A DNA stretch of 64,000 bases from Planctomycetota bacterium (GCA_046290465.1 JBKAGP010000001.1:5696001-5760000); one strand, 5' to 3'; shown: positions 19,512 to 31,142, numbered from the stretch's first letter. Made by a program: numbers and translations. Notes: generated by a model from the letters alone, not told the origin.

Positions 19512-20006
19512 TCAGCGGGCGCGTTCGGCGGCGATGCGCCGCTCGACCTCGGCCGGGTCGAGCACCAGCGTGACGTGCTCGGTGCCGCCCGGCGCGATCG
19601 TCACGTCGGTCCACGGCAGGTAGGCGGCGGGGTTGAGGCTGCCGACCGTGCGGCCGGCGCACACGCCGACGTACTGGTGCCACGGTCCGTCGGCGTCGGG
19701 TTTGGTCATCGCGCCCGAGACCTCGGCGAACGAGAACCGCCCGTCGTCGTCGGTGCAGGTTTCGCCGGTCTGCCAGCGGGTCGCGAGGCCGCCGTAGACG
19801 CGCACCGGCGTGTCGGCGACCGGGCGGCCGCGGCCGTCGACGACGACGCCGGTCAGCATCGGCGCGGTCTCGTCGACCGCCTCGTCTCGTGCTTCGAAGA
19901 CCTCGTCGTCGTGCGTGCTGCGGGCGGTGCAGTTGCAGGTGGTGACGTGGACGCAGGCAGAACCGGCCAGCGCGAGCGACAGGCTGACGAGCAGGAACGG
20001 GCGCAT
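19512..20006 (-). CDS. Lipoprotein with carboxypeptidase-regulatory-like domain
   Basis: LAGSAC lipobox; LTGVVVDGRGRPVA...TDDDGRF. Confidence 0.7.
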   Translation of the reverse strand: MRPFLLVSLSLALAGSACVHVTTCNCTARSTHDDEVFEARDEAVDETAPMLTGVVVDGRGRPVADTPVRVYGGLATRWQTGETCTDDDGRFSFAEVSGAMTKPDADGPWHQYVGVCAGRTVGSLNPAAYLPWTDVTIAPGGTEHVTLVLDPAEVERRIAAERAR

Positions 20007-20056
20007 GCCGGCATGCTACCGGCCGCGCCTGCTGCAAGGGTCGACCCGGGCATCGC

Positions 20057-21511
<1,455 letters not shown>

Positions 21512-21535
21512 CGCGGCGAGCGTAACGCCGCGCCG

Positions 21536-24133
21536 CTACTTCGCGAACGCTTCGCGGATCCGCACGGCGCGGGCCAGGCCGTCGCGCGACTGCAGCAGCT
21601 TCTTCTCGATGTCCGGGCTCAGCCGCGACTCGGCCAGGAACGCGTCGACGATCGCCAGCGCCTCCTTCGAGCTGTGGCCGTTGACGAACGCGTCGAGCCA
21701 CGCCGGCATGAAGAAGATGCGCCGGTTCTGCTTGACCCACTCGACCTGGTCGAGCGCCTTGCGCAGGTACGGCAGCGTCAGCGCCTGCTGCCGCGGCCAG
21801 TGGAAGTAGCCGAGGCTGTCCTGGGTCCACTGCTCCGGCGGCGTGCCGAGCTCGAGATACTGCCGCCAGTAGCGCTCCTTGCTGCTGGCGGTCGGCGTTG
21901 CGGCCTCGGTCAGGAACGCGTCCTTGCCGACGTCCTGTTCGGCGAACGCGTCGCGCAGCTTCTGGTAGGTGCCGTCGTCCTTGCCGGCGGCGACGAGCGC
22001 GGCCGCGGCCAGGAAGCGGTCGCGGCGGCCGGTCTGCAGGCCCTGGATGGTGGCTTCGCCGCGCGCGACCAGCCGGCACACGTCGAGCACCTTCGGCTCG
22101 TCGCTGTGCCACGCCAGGAAGCGGAAGATGGTGACCTCGCGGCCGCTGGCCTCGCCGTCGGTCAGCTGCGCGAGCAGCAGTTCGACGGCGCGCCGCCACA
22201 GGTCGGCGCTGCGCTCGGCGGGCAGGTAGCGGGTCAGGCAGGTGCCGAGCCGCGACAGCAGCCAGCGGTGGGTGTCGGCGTCGGCCTCGACGGCGAGCAT
22301 CGCCAGCAGCGTCTCGACGAACCGCGCCGGGTCGAGTTCGGCCTCGCGCACGGCCTCGTAGAGCGCCGTCGTGCCGCACGCGCGCACCAGCGGGTCCGGC
22401 TCGCGCGGCAGGTTGTCGAGCAGCCACGCGACGCTGGCCGCGTCCGGCACGAACTGTCCGTAGGCAACGTCCTGCGGGTTGGCGAGGATCGCCGCGGGCG
22501 CGTCGCGGCCGACCAGCGCCGAAACCGCAGTCGTGGCCGCGTCGGTCGCGACCGTGATCGTGTCGCGGCTGCCGTCGGCGCCGAACACCAGCAGCTCGAG
22601 GTCGATCGGCCAGGTGCCGTCACCGCCGAGCGCGCGCTGCGTCACGTTCGCCTCGCGCACCTTGCCGGCATCGTCGACCGACCAGGCGACGCGCACCTGC
22701 GGCATCGACGGCGCCAGCAGCCAGCGTTCGGACCAGCGGCGGAGGTCCTGTCGCGCCGCGCCCTCGAGCGCGGCCGCCAGGTCCTGCCAGGTGGCGCTGC
22801 CGTAGGCGTGCTTGTCGAGGAAGCGCTTGACGCCGGTCTGGAACACCTCCGGGCCGAGCTGCGCGAACAGCGCGCGCAGCACCGCCGGTGCCTTGTTGTA
22901 GACGATCGCTCCGTACGCCGACTTGGCATCGGCGAGGTTCTGCAGCTCCTGGAACACCGGCGTCGTGCCAGGGGTCGCGTCGACCGCGTAGGCGCGCGGC
23001 TTGACCCGCTGCAGGAAGCGCAGCCAGGCACGCTGTCCGGGTTCGAGCGCCGCCATCGCGCGATAGCCGAAGAACGTCGCGAAGCCCTCCTTGAGCCACA
23101 GATCGTCGAACCACTTCATCGTCACCAGGTTGCCGAACCACTGGTGGCTCAGCTCGTGGTAGACGAGCGTGCTGCGGCGGACCTGTTCGTCGACGGTCGG
23201 CTCGTGGTCGAACACCAACGACGCCTCGCGGTAGAAGATCGCGCCGGCGTGCTCCATGCCGCCGTACGGGAAGCCGGGCAGCAGCACCAGGTCGAGCTTG
23301 CCGAACGGGTAGGGCACGTCGAAGGTGCTGGCGAGCCAGGCGAGGCCTTCGTGGTGCAGGCGGATGATCGTCTCGCGGTCGAAGTCCTGCAGCTTCGACG
23401 CGCGCAGCAGGATGCGCATCGGATCGTCGCTGGTGACGCCGGGCACCTGCGGGTGCGGGGGCGTGACCTCCGCGAACGGTCCGCACGCGAACGCGAACAG
23501 GTAGGTCGGCAGGGGCTTGCTCTGCGCGAACCGCAGCAGCTTGCCGGCCGGCGCGGACTCCGGCTCGGGGTCGGTCGGGTCGACCGGCGCGGTGTTGGCG
23601 ACCGCGGTCCACCTCTGCGGCACGTCGAGTTCGAGCCGGAACTTCGCGCGCAGGTCCGGCTGGTCGAAGCACGGGAACAGCCCGTGCGCGTCGGCCGGCA
23701 CCAGCAGCGTGTAGTAGTAATCGAGCCCGTCGGCCTGGTCGCGATAGACGGTCAGCGGCGTGCCGGTCGGCGCGACCTTGGACGTGAACTCGGCGCGCAC
23801 GCCGTTGAGGCCGTCGCCGAGCAGATCGGCCGGCACGATCAGGTGGTTGGCCTTGCGGATCAGCTCGACCTCGCGGTTGTTGACCAGCACGTTGCGGATC
23901 GACTCGCCGGCGAAGTCGAGCACCAGCGGTTCGCGTTCGCCCGGCTCGCGGAACTGGAACCGGATCGAGATCATGCCGGTGACCTCGTCGGTGCGGTCGC
24001 CGATCTGGAAGTGCAGGTCGTACTCGACGTCGCGCAGGGTGGCGGCCCGTTCGCGGGCGAGCGCGCGGTCGATGCCGGGGGTGGGATCCTGGGGCATGAG
24101 GATGGCGACGAGGCTGACGGCGGCGAGCATCAC
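21536..24133 (-). CDS. pepN: Exported M1 family aminopeptidase N
   Basis: FPCFDQPDLRA, GGMEH, HELSHQWFGNLVTMKWFDDLWLKEG, IVYNKA; signal-like N-terminus. Confidence 0.92.
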   Translation of the reverse strand: MMLAAVSLVAILMPQDPTPGIDRALARERAATLRDVEYDLHFQIGDRTDEVTGMISIRFQFREPGEREPLVLDFAGESIRNVLVNNREVELIRKANHLIVPADLLGDGLNGVRAEFTSKVAPTGTPLTVYRDQADGLDYYYTLLVPADAHGLFPCFDQPDLRAKFRLELDVPQRWTAVANTAPVDPTDPEPESAPAGKLLRFAQSKPLPTYLFAFACGPFAEVTPPHPQVPGVTSDDPMRILLRASKLQDFDRETIIRLHHEGLAWLASTFDVPYPFGKLDLVLLPGFPYGGMEHAGAIFYREASLVFDHEPTVDEQVRRSTLVYHELSHQWFGNLVTMKWFDDLWLKEGFATFFGYRAMAALEPGQRAWLRFLQRVKPRAYAVDATPGTTPVFQELQNLADAKSAYGAIVYNKAPAVLRALFAQLGPEVFQTGVKRFLDKHAYGSATWQDLAAALEGAARQDLRRWSERWLLAPSMPQVRVAWSVDDAGKVREANVTQRALGGDGTWPIDLELLVFGADGSRDTITVATDAATTAVSALVGRDAPAAILANPQDVAYGQFVPDAASVAWLLDNLPREPDPLVRACGTTALYEAVREAELDPARFVETLLAMLAVEADADTHRWLLSRLGTCLTRYLPAERSADLWRRAVELLLAQLTDGEASGREVTIFRFLAWHSDEPKVLDVCRLVARGEATIQGLQTGRRDRFLAAAALVAAGKDDGTYQKLRDAFAEQDVGKDAFLTEAATPTASSKERYWRQYLELGTPPEQWTQDSLGYFHWPRQQALTLPYLRKALDQVEWVKQNRRIFFMPAWLDAFVNGHSSKEALAIVDAFLAESRLSPDIEKKLLQSRDGLARAVRIREAFAK

Positions 24134-24201
24134 GGCCCCAGTCTAGTGCCTGACGTGCCGTGCACTACGCCCTGACGGCGAACGGACGTGGCGCGACGCC
24201 G

Positions 24202-24534
24202 TCAGCAGCTCGGCGCCCAGGCGGCCGCCAGCGCGGCGTTGGTGATCGCCGTGTGCGAGGCGTGCCAGGCCGGTCGGCCCTGCTCGAACAGGATCGCCTG
24301 CGGCGACTCGTGCGCGACGCCGCACCGTTCGGCGATGCCGCGGGCGACCGAGCGCGACGACACCACGTCGACGAACAGGGTCGGCACGTCCGGGTGGTCG
24401 AGCTTGAACATCTCGTACTCGGCGCGGGCCGTGCCGCTGACCGGGCAGGTGGGACTGTGCTTGAACAGCAGCACGCGCGGCTGCTGGATGGCGGTTTCGA
24501 ACGCTTCGAGATCGCGGAGAACCTGTTCTGTCAT
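24202..24534 (-). CDS. ytxJ: Monothiol bacilliredoxin BrxC / YtxJ family
   Basis: FKHSPTCPVS and HESPQAIL motifs. Confidence 0.9.
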   Translation of the reverse strand: MTEQVLRDLEAFETAIQQPRVLLFKHSPTCPVSGTARAEYEMFKLDHPDVPTLFVDVVSSRSVARGIAERCGVAHESPQAILFEQGRPAWHASHTAITNAALAAAWAPSC

Positions 24535-24550
24535 GGCTGCTTCCTGCCGT

Positions 24551-25234
24551 TCACGGCAGCACGCGGACGTGGCCCTGGTCGTCGGCGATCACGATCCGGC
24601 CGGCCATGCCGACGAACAGTCCGTGATCGACCACGCCGACGGTCGCGTCGAGGCGAGTCGCGAGCGCCGCCGGATCGGGGATGCCATCGTAGCGACAATC
24701 GAGGATCCAGTTGCCGTTGTCGGTGACCAGCGGCTGGTCGCCGTCCTGGCGCAGCTCGGTGGTGCAGCCGGTCGCCTCGACGCGCCGTCGCGCGTGCGTC
24801 CAGCCGAACGGGATCACCTCGACCGGCAGCCGGAAGGCCGCGCCGAGCACGTCGACCATCTTGTTCTCGCCGACGATCACGACCAGTTCGTCGGCGGTCG
24901 CGGCGACCAGCCGCTCGCGCGTGTGGGCCGCGCCGCCGCCCTTGATCAGGTGCTTGTGCGGATCGACCTCGTCGGCGCCGTCGATCGCGAGGTCCAGGCG
25001 CTCGACGTTGTCGAGCGAGACCAGCGGGATGCCCTTCTGCTCGGCGACCTCGGCGGTGCCGGCGCTGGTCGGCGTGCCGCGCACCTGCAGACCCTCGTCG
25101 CGGATCCGTTCGGCCAGCCGGTCGAGCACGAACAAGAACGTCGAGCCGCTGCCGAGGCCGATCGTCATGCCGTCCTGGACCAGATCCGCGGCGGCGTAGG
25201 CCGCCGCACGCTTGGCGACGTTCGCGTCAGTCAT
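24551..25234 (-). CDS. rpiA: Ribose-5-phosphate isomerase A
   Basis: GLGSGST, DGADEVD, IKGGGAAH and TDNGN. Confidence 0.97.
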   Translation of the reverse strand: MTDANVAKRAAAYAAADLVQDGMTIGLGSGSTFLFVLDRLAERIRDEGLQVRGTPTSAGTAEVAEQKGIPLVSLDNVERLDLAIDGADEVDPHKHLIKGGGAAHTRERLVAATADELVVIVGENKMVDVLGAAFRLPVEVIPFGWTHARRRVEATGCTTELRQDGDQPLVTDNGNWILDCRYDGIPDPAALATRLDATVGVVDHGLFVGMAGRIVIADDQGHVRVLP

Positions 25235-25260
25235 CCACACAACGTATGGTCTCCGGCCTC

Positions 25261-26901
25261 GTGATGCGATTCCCGTTCGTCGTGGTGTGGGTGGTGGCGA
25301 TGGCCCAGGCGCAGGCGCCGCTGACGACGACGTTCGCCAGCAACAACCAGGGCGCGCCGGGCGGCATGGTCTACTTCGACCTCGAGGTGCTCGACCCGGC
25401 CGGCGTCACCGTCACGCAGCTCGACTGCAACGTCGCGTCGGCGAGCGGCGAGCTGGAGGTCTACGTGACGCCGGGCGGCCACGCCGGCAACGAGGCCAAC
25501 GCCGCGGCGTGGACGCTGGCCGCGCGCGGCCCGATCACGCCGGCCGGGATCGACCAGCCGTCGGTCGGCTGCCTCGGGCCCGGCTTCCACCTGGTGCCCG
25601 GCGTGCACGGCATCGCCGTGCGCGGCGATGGCATGGTGCACCGCTACACCAACGTCGCGACGCCGCAGGTGTTCGCCAACGGCGACCTGCAGCTGACCGC
25701 GGGGGCCGCGTCGAACCTGCCGTGGGGCGGGGCGCAGTACGTGCCGCGGATCTGGAACGGCGCGGTGCACTACCACAGCGGCAGCGGCGGAGCCGGCACC
25801 TGTGCCTACGTCGAACGGCTCGGCGAGGGTTGCTACGCCGGTGCGACGACCTTCTACGAACGGTTCGACGGGCTCGCGTCGGTCGACCTGTCCGGCAGCG
25901 TCGCGATGCCGTTCACGCTGCACGCGACCGCGGCCGGCGCGGCCGGCTACGCGGTGGTGCCGGGTGTGCCGCAGTGGTTCGTGCCGCAGGGCGTGCCGAT
26001 CGGCGACAACCAGCCGGTGCCCGGCACGCTCGACGACGACGACGTCGGCGAACCGCTGCAGCTGCCGTTCGTGTTCGCGTTTCCCGGTGGCAGCACCAGC
26101 GTCGTGCACGCGACCGCCAACGGCGAGGTCTACCTCGGCGCCAGCGCCGCGCTGCTCGCCGACGTGACGCCGTCGGGCCTCGAGCTGACGACGGCGGCGC
26201 CGCGGCTGGCCCCGCTGTGGTGCGACCTCGAGCCGCTCGCCAACCTGCCGAGCAACGGCCAGAGCGGCGTCTACTACGACGTCGCCGCCAACGGCAGCGA
26301 GGCCTACGTGACCTGGCTCGACGTCGCCGACGGCCGCGGCGGGCCACCGCCGGCCGGCGCGACCAGCGTGTCGGTGCAGTGCGTGCTGCGCAGCGACGGC
26401 AGCTTCACGTTCCGCTACGCGCAGCTCCTGGCGGGACCGGGAACGGGGCGGGTGGTGGTCGGCTTCGGGCCGGGCGGCGGGGCGCCGGATCCGGGTGCGC
26501 GCGACCTCGACCAGAGCCTGCCGTTTGCGACCGACGGGCCCGATCGCTATCCGCTGGCGCATACCTGCACGCTGCCGCGGATCGGCGCGGCGCTGTCGTT
26601 CGCGGTCGCGCGCGTCGAGACGGCGAACGTCGCGTTCCTGATGCTCGGCGACGTGGCGGCGCCTGCCGGCGTCGACCTCGGCGCGGTCGGGGCGCCCGGG
26701 TGCCGCGCCTACACCAACGTCGTCGGCAGCGTGCCGGTATCGGTGGCGCAGCCGGCCGGAACGGGCAGCTACGCGCTGTCGGTCCCGGCCGATCCGGCGC
26801 TGGTCGGCGCGAGCTACGTGTCGCAGTTCGTCGCACCGGGCAGCGGCAACGCGCTGCAGGCGGTGACGTCGAACGGCCTGCGCTGGACGATCGGGAGCTG
26901 A
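25261..26901 (+). CDS. Secreted multidomain beta-rich protein (paralog of 34362..35933)
   Basis: Signal peptide; PLTTTFASNN, PRIWNG, PRLAPLWCDL; C-terminal GAPGC...Q...SNG domain. Confidence 0.8.
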   Translation: MMRFPFVVVWVVAMAQAQAPLTTTFASNNQGAPGGMVYFDLEVLDPAGVTVTQLDCNVASASGELEVYVTPGGHAGNEANAAAWTLAARGPITPAGIDQPSVGCLGPGFHLVPGVHGIAVRGDGMVHRYTNVATPQVFANGDLQLTAGAASNLPWGGAQYVPRIWNGAVHYHSGSGGAGTCAYVERLGEGCYAGATTFYERFDGLASVDLSGSVAMPFTLHATAAGAAGYAVVPGVPQWFVPQGVPIGDNQPVPGTLDDDDVGEPLQLPFVFAFPGGSTSVVHATANGEVYLGASAALLADVTPSGLELTTAAPRLAPLWCDLEPLANLPSNGQSGVYYDVAANGSEAYVTWLDVADGRGGPPPAGATSVSVQCVLRSDGSFTFRYAQLLAGPGTGRVVVGFGPGGGAPDPGARDLDQSLPFATDGPDRYPLAHTCTLPRIGAALSFAVARVETANVAFLMLGDVAAPAGVDLGAVGAPGCRAYTNVVGSVPVSVAQPAGTGSYALSVPADPALVGASYVSQFVAPGSGNALQAVTSNGLRWTIGS

Positions 26902-26951
26902 ACGCCGAGCCTCGCTTCTGCGGTGGCGGCCCGCATGCCGATAGCGTCGGC

Positions 26952-29912
26952 ATGCGCCGCTTCCTCAGCCTCTGCCTGCTCGGGATCCTCGTCGGTTGTG
27001 CGGCCGAGCCGCCGCTGCGCCAGTCGGTGGCCGCACCGATCGCGCTCGGCTCGATCGTCGACGACCGGCTCGGGGTCTGGCCGCTCGATCGCAAGCCGAC
27101 CCGCACCTGGCAGGCGCTGCGCGGCACCTCCCAGGAGATCGCGCGACGCGACCGTTCGCTGATCGTCGGCTTCGACGACGAGGTGATCCGCGAGGTGCGC
27201 TACTTCTTCGGGCGCTCGTTCTCCGAGAGCGGTTACGAGGACCTCGAGCCGACCCACACGATCGTCGTGTTCGCGCAGCCGAAGGGCAGCGAAGACGTCG
27301 TCCGACCGCTGCTGTCGGAGGCGGGCCTCGAGCCGACGCGCATCCTCGGACTCGACCCCGGCGAGTGGCTGACGACGGCGACGGTCGATCCGGACTGGGT
27401 GCTGCGGTGGATCGACGGGCGCGTGCACAGCGCCGTGCGCGGTCCGGCCGGCAAGGCCATGGTCGACGTGCTGCGCTACCGCGACGTCGACGACCTCGCC
27501 GCGATCGGCGAGGTCCGAGGCCGCCGCACCGACATGCTGCGGATCCTTGCGATGGTGCGGCAGCCGGCGGTGCCGGACACCGGCAGCTGGCACGCCGACA
27601 TCGCCGCCTTGTGCGAACGCTACTACGCGCAGCAGCTCGAGCCGTTCGCCGAGCGGATGGCGGCGATCGACGCGCGCATGCAGCGGGCGCGCGGATTCGA
27701 AGAACGGCTGCAGGTGTTTCGGGACATACGCACCGTCGTGATCGAGGCGCACTTCGGCGGCAAGACGCTGCTGCCGCCGGTGGCCGCGTGGCACGAACGG
27801 CATGATCGCGACTGTGTCGCGGCGCTCGATCGCATGTTCGCCGGCCAGTTCGTCGATCGCGATGCGGTCTTCGGACCGTATCATCAGTTGCGCCAGGTGA
27901 TCGGCCGTGGTCGCTGGAGCTCGCAGCGTTCGGCCGGACGATTCAGCAGCACCCGCTGCCTCGGAGTGCTCGACCACGCTGAGAAGTTCGCGGCGCTGCG
28001 GGACGCCGACGCGTTTCGTGAGTTCGGCCGTCGCCTGCGCTGGCTGCGCTCGTCGCGCACGCCGCCCGGAACCAACGCCGAATACTGGGCCAAGGTTGCG
28101 CGCGGCCAGCTGCTGGCCCGCGTCCAGCGCGACGAGGCCGAGGGCTTCGCCGTCGACGTGCTCGAACACGTGCGCCAGCAGAACCTGAAGGGGGTGTTCG
28201 GGTACCCGAAGCTGGCCGATCGGGTCGAAGCGCTCGGCGCCTCGATCGCGTGCCTCGATGCGCCGTTCGTGTCGATCGAGCGCGACCTGACGGCGCTGCA
28301 GCGCTGCGGCTTCGAACACGAGCAACTCGCCGCGACGTTCGCCGCCGCGATGGCCGAACGGCTGCGCGCCGGCTGCGACGGGCAGCCGGAGGTCGACCAG
28401 GCGGTTGCGCGCGCAGTCGCCGAGGCGCTCGGGCACGGCCACGCGTACGTGCGCACCGTGACGCACGCGCGCGCGCTCTTGGACCAGGCCCGCAAGGTGC
28501 CGACGACCGGATCGACCGACGTGCGCATGGCCGCCTACGCGCAGCTGGCGACGCGAACCGGCGAATGGGGGCCGGCGTGCGAGCTGGTCGCCGGCGAACT
28601 GTCGCTGCCGGTCGGTCGCGAGCTGGCGCGCAAGGCCGCGGCGGTGGCGCGCGTCGGCGACCACGGCCGCGCCGCGCTGCTGTTCGTGCGCGCCGCGACG
28701 CTGGGCAACCGGACCGCGCCGCCGATGACGTCGAGCTGGTCGGTACGCCGGCAGTACTCGGCGCTGGTCGCCGCCGAGAAGAAGGGCGAACTGGCCGGCG
28801 TCGACGAGCGGCTGCAGTGGCGCATCCTGGCGCGCATGCACGCCTACATGGTCGCGGTGCTGTCGCTGCCGGTCACCGCGCGGGACGAACCGATCTACGA
28901 CCTGCAGGACCGGTTCCTGCGGGCGCAGCTGGGTGGGCGCGCGCGGCTGTCGACGGTGTTGGGCCTGCGGCTGGCCGGGTTGTCCGATGTGCGCCGCAAG
29001 CGCAAGCCCGAGGAGGACGTCCGGCTGGTCGAGCTCGACGGCAAGATCGTCTGGCGTCGCAGCGGCGAGGTCGTCGACCTCAGTCGCTACCGCATCGATC
29101 GCGACGGCTGGCGACGCTACCGCGAGCTGCAGCGCGAACTCAACCAGGCCGAGGCCGACCTGCGCGCCGCGCGCAAGAGCAGCGGCACGCCGCGCGCCAC
29201 GCTGGTGCAGCAGCAGCAGGCGCTCAACGGCAAGATCGCGGAGCTCAACGAGCGCATCCAAGCGCGTTCGGTCGAACCGGCGGTGGCCAACGCCGAGATC
29301 GAACGGCTGAAGCGCGAGTCGGCGGCGCTGCAGAGCGCGATCCGCAACTTCAACCGGCGCAACGACCACATCCGCGAGATGACGCGGCGGTTCAACGCCA
29401 AGGTGCCGCCGCACAACCAGCTGCTCGAGCGCCTGCTGAAGGAGCAGGCGACGGCCTACGAACAGCTGCTGCGGCCGTCCAACGCGGAGTTCGCCGAGGC
29501 GCGCATCCGCAGCTGTGGCCGCGGCGACGACGAGCAGCAGGCGCGACGCTGGTTGCTCGGTCTCGTCGACGCTCCCGAGCTCGAAGCGGCCGTTCCGGTG
29601 CCGCATCCGGACGCGCTCGCCGCGCGCGTGCGCGACGTCAGCGATCCGGCGGTCGCGGCGCAGGACATCCTGGCGTCGCTGCGCCGCCGCCGCGACGACC
29701 AACGGCTGTGGCGCGGGGTCACGATGGAGCAGCACCTCGATGCACTGCGCGGCGCGGTGGTCGCCTACGGCCGCCAATACGGCACCGACGACCTGTTCGA
29801 GCGGGTGATGGCTTCGCCGATCGTGCCGGCCGATCGCTACGTGCAGATCCGGACGTTCTTCGACGACCAGAAGCGACGCGACGCGCTGCAGAAGCGGGTC
29901 GACGGCAAGTAG
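26952..29912 (+). CDS. Large hypothetical lipoprotein with coiled-coil region
   Basis: MRRFLSLCLLGILVGC lipobox; heptad-rich segment near 29120-29470. Confidence 0.75.
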   Translation: MRRFLSLCLLGILVGCAAEPPLRQSVAAPIALGSIVDDRLGVWPLDRKPTRTWQALRGTSQEIARRDRSLIVGFDDEVIREVRYFFGRSFSESGYEDLEPTHTIVVFAQPKGSEDVVRPLLSEAGLEPTRILGLDPGEWLTTATVDPDWVLRWIDGRVHSAVRGPAGKAMVDVLRYRDVDDLAAIGEVRGRRTDMLRILAMVRQPAVPDTGSWHADIAALCERYYAQQLEPFAERMAAIDARMQRARGFEERLQVFRDIRTVVIEAHFGGKTLLPPVAAWHERHDRDCVAALDRMFAGQFVDRDAVFGPYHQLRQVIGRGRWSSQRSAGRFSSTRCLGVLDHAEKFAALRDADAFREFGRRLRWLRSSRTPPGTNAEYWAKVARGQLLARVQRDEAEGFAVDVLEHVRQQNLKGVFGYPKLADRVEALGASIACLDAPFVSIERDLTALQRCGFEHEQLAATFAAAMAERLRAGCDGQPEVDQAVARAVAEALGHGHAYVRTVTHARALLDQARKVPTTGSTDVRMAAYAQLATRTGEWGPACELVAGELSLPVGRELARKAAAVARVGDHGRAALLFVRAATLGNRTAPPMTSSWSVRRQYSALVAAEKKGELAGVDERLQWRILARMHAYMVAVLSLPVTARDEPIYDLQDRFLRAQLGGRARLSTVLGLRLAGLSDVRRKRKPEEDVRLVELDGKIVWRRSGEVVDLSRYRIDRDGWRRYRELQRELNQAEADLRAARKSSGTPRATLVQQQQALNGKIAELNERIQARSVEPAVANAEIERLKRESAALQSAIRNFNRRNDHIREMTRRFNAKVPPHNQLLERLLKEQATAYEQLLRPSNAEFAEARIRSCGRGDDEQQARRWLLGLVDAPELEAAVPVPHPDALAARVRDVSDPAVAAQDILASLRRRRDDQRLWRGVTMEQHLDALRGAVVAYGRQYGTDDLFERVMASPIVPADRYVQIRTFFDDQKRRDALQKRVDGK

Positions 29913-29957
29913 CTCCGTGGTCTGCGCTGCGTCGCGCCGCTATGGTGCGTTGCCAGC

Positions 29958-31010
29958 ATGAAGAAGCTGCGCGTCCTGCTGCTGGTTCACGAAGAGTTGT
30001 TGCCGCCGCCGGGCGCCGAGGAGCTGGACTGGGAGGAGACGTATCCGTACCAGATGGAGCTCGACGTGCAGACGACGTTGCGCGCGCTCGGCCACGAGGT
30101 CGAGGTGCTCGGGGTCGGCAAGGACCTCGACGTGGTCCGCCGCCGCCAGCTCGCGTTCCGGCCGCACATCGCGTTCAACGTGTTGACCGACTTCCACGAC
30201 ATCACGTCGTACGAGGCGCACGTCGTCAGCTACCTGGAGCTGCTCAAGCTGCCGTATACGGGCTGCAATCCGCGCGGCATCACGCTCGGCAACGACAAGG
30301 CGCTGTGCAAGCAGATCCTGATGTGGCACGGCATCCCGTGCCCGGCGTTCACGTCGTTCCAGCCGGGGGCGCGCAAGCCGCGGTTGCCCAAGGGGGTCGA
30401 CTACCCGGTCATCGTCAAGTCGGCGATCGAGCACGGCAGCACCGGGATCTCGCAGGCGTCCGTCGTCAAGACCGACAAGCAGCTCGAGAAGCGTGTCGCC
30501 TACATGTTCGACCGGGTCGGCGGCGAGGTGATCGCCGAGCAGTTCATCGAAGGCCGCGAACTGACCGTCAGCATCGTCGGCAACGGCAGCCGGTTGACCG
30601 TGCTGCCGGTCTGGGAGGTCTGGTACTCGAAGCTGCCCAAGAACAAGCACGCGATCTGCACCGAGCAGGTCAAGTGGGACGTCGACTACGCGCAGAGCAT
30701 CGGCATCAAGACCGGCCCGGCGCGGCGGCTGACGGAGAAGAAGCAGAAGGAGTGCCAGGCGATCGCGCGCAAGGCCTACCGCGCGCTCGGCCTGTCCGGG
30801 TATGCGCGCATGGACCTGCGCATGGACGCAGACGGCAACCTGTTCGTCATTGAGGCGAACGTGAACCCGGACCTGACCGAGATCGAGGACTTCTCGGAGG
30901 CGGCCCAGGAGCACGGCCTCGGCTACGACGGCCTGCTGCAGCTCGTGCTCGACTCGGGGATGAAGTACCCGGCGCCGTGGAAGTCGGGGCCCAACAAGAA
31001 GTATCGGTGA
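29958..31010 (+). CDS. D-Ala-D-Ala ligase-like ATP-grasp protein
   Basis: LPYTG, DKALCK, YPVIVK, GSTGI, EQFIEGRE, GYARMDLR, IEANVNP; lacks the canonical N-terminal GGxSxE. Confidence 0.88.
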   Translation: MKKLRVLLLVHEELLPPPGAEELDWEETYPYQMELDVQTTLRALGHEVEVLGVGKDLDVVRRRQLAFRPHIAFNVLTDFHDITSYEAHVVSYLELLKLPYTGCNPRGITLGNDKALCKQILMWHGIPCPAFTSFQPGARKPRLPKGVDYPVIVKSAIEHGSTGISQASVVKTDKQLEKRVAYMFDRVGGEVIAEQFIEGRELTVSIVGNGSRLTVLPVWEVWYSKLPKNKHAICTEQVKWDVDYAQSIGIKTGPARRLTEKKQKECQAIARKAYRALGLSGYARMDLRMDADGNLFVIEANVNPDLTEIEDFSEAAQEHGLGYDGLLQLVLDSGMKYPAPWKSGPNKKYR

Positions 31011-31060
31011 CGGGCGGAGGGGCTCGGTGGCCGAACGGGCGACCTTGAGCCCCCCGGGAC

Positions 31061-31142
31061 TGGCGCAGGATGAACCCGGTTCGGTATGCGCGGTTCGGTA
31101 TGCGGCGGCAAGTGGCGCAGGATGAACCGGGTTCGGTATGCG
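31061..31142. repeat. Intergenic 30-bp direct repeat pair with internal palindrome (REP-like)
   Basis: TGGCGCAGGATGAACC(C/G)GGTTCGGTATGCG at 31061-31090 and 31113-31142, plus an extra GGTTCGGTATGCG between them. Confidence 0.85.

Noticed and set aside
29958..31010. Assigning the gene symbol ddl
   Set aside because: It lacks the canonical N-terminal GGxSxE and NTxPG motifs and has no cell-wall gene context; called Ddl-like only.
31061..31142. Mini-CRISPR (30-bp repeats)
   Set aside because: Only two copies; the 22-bp spacer is itself partly repeat-derived; no cas genes.
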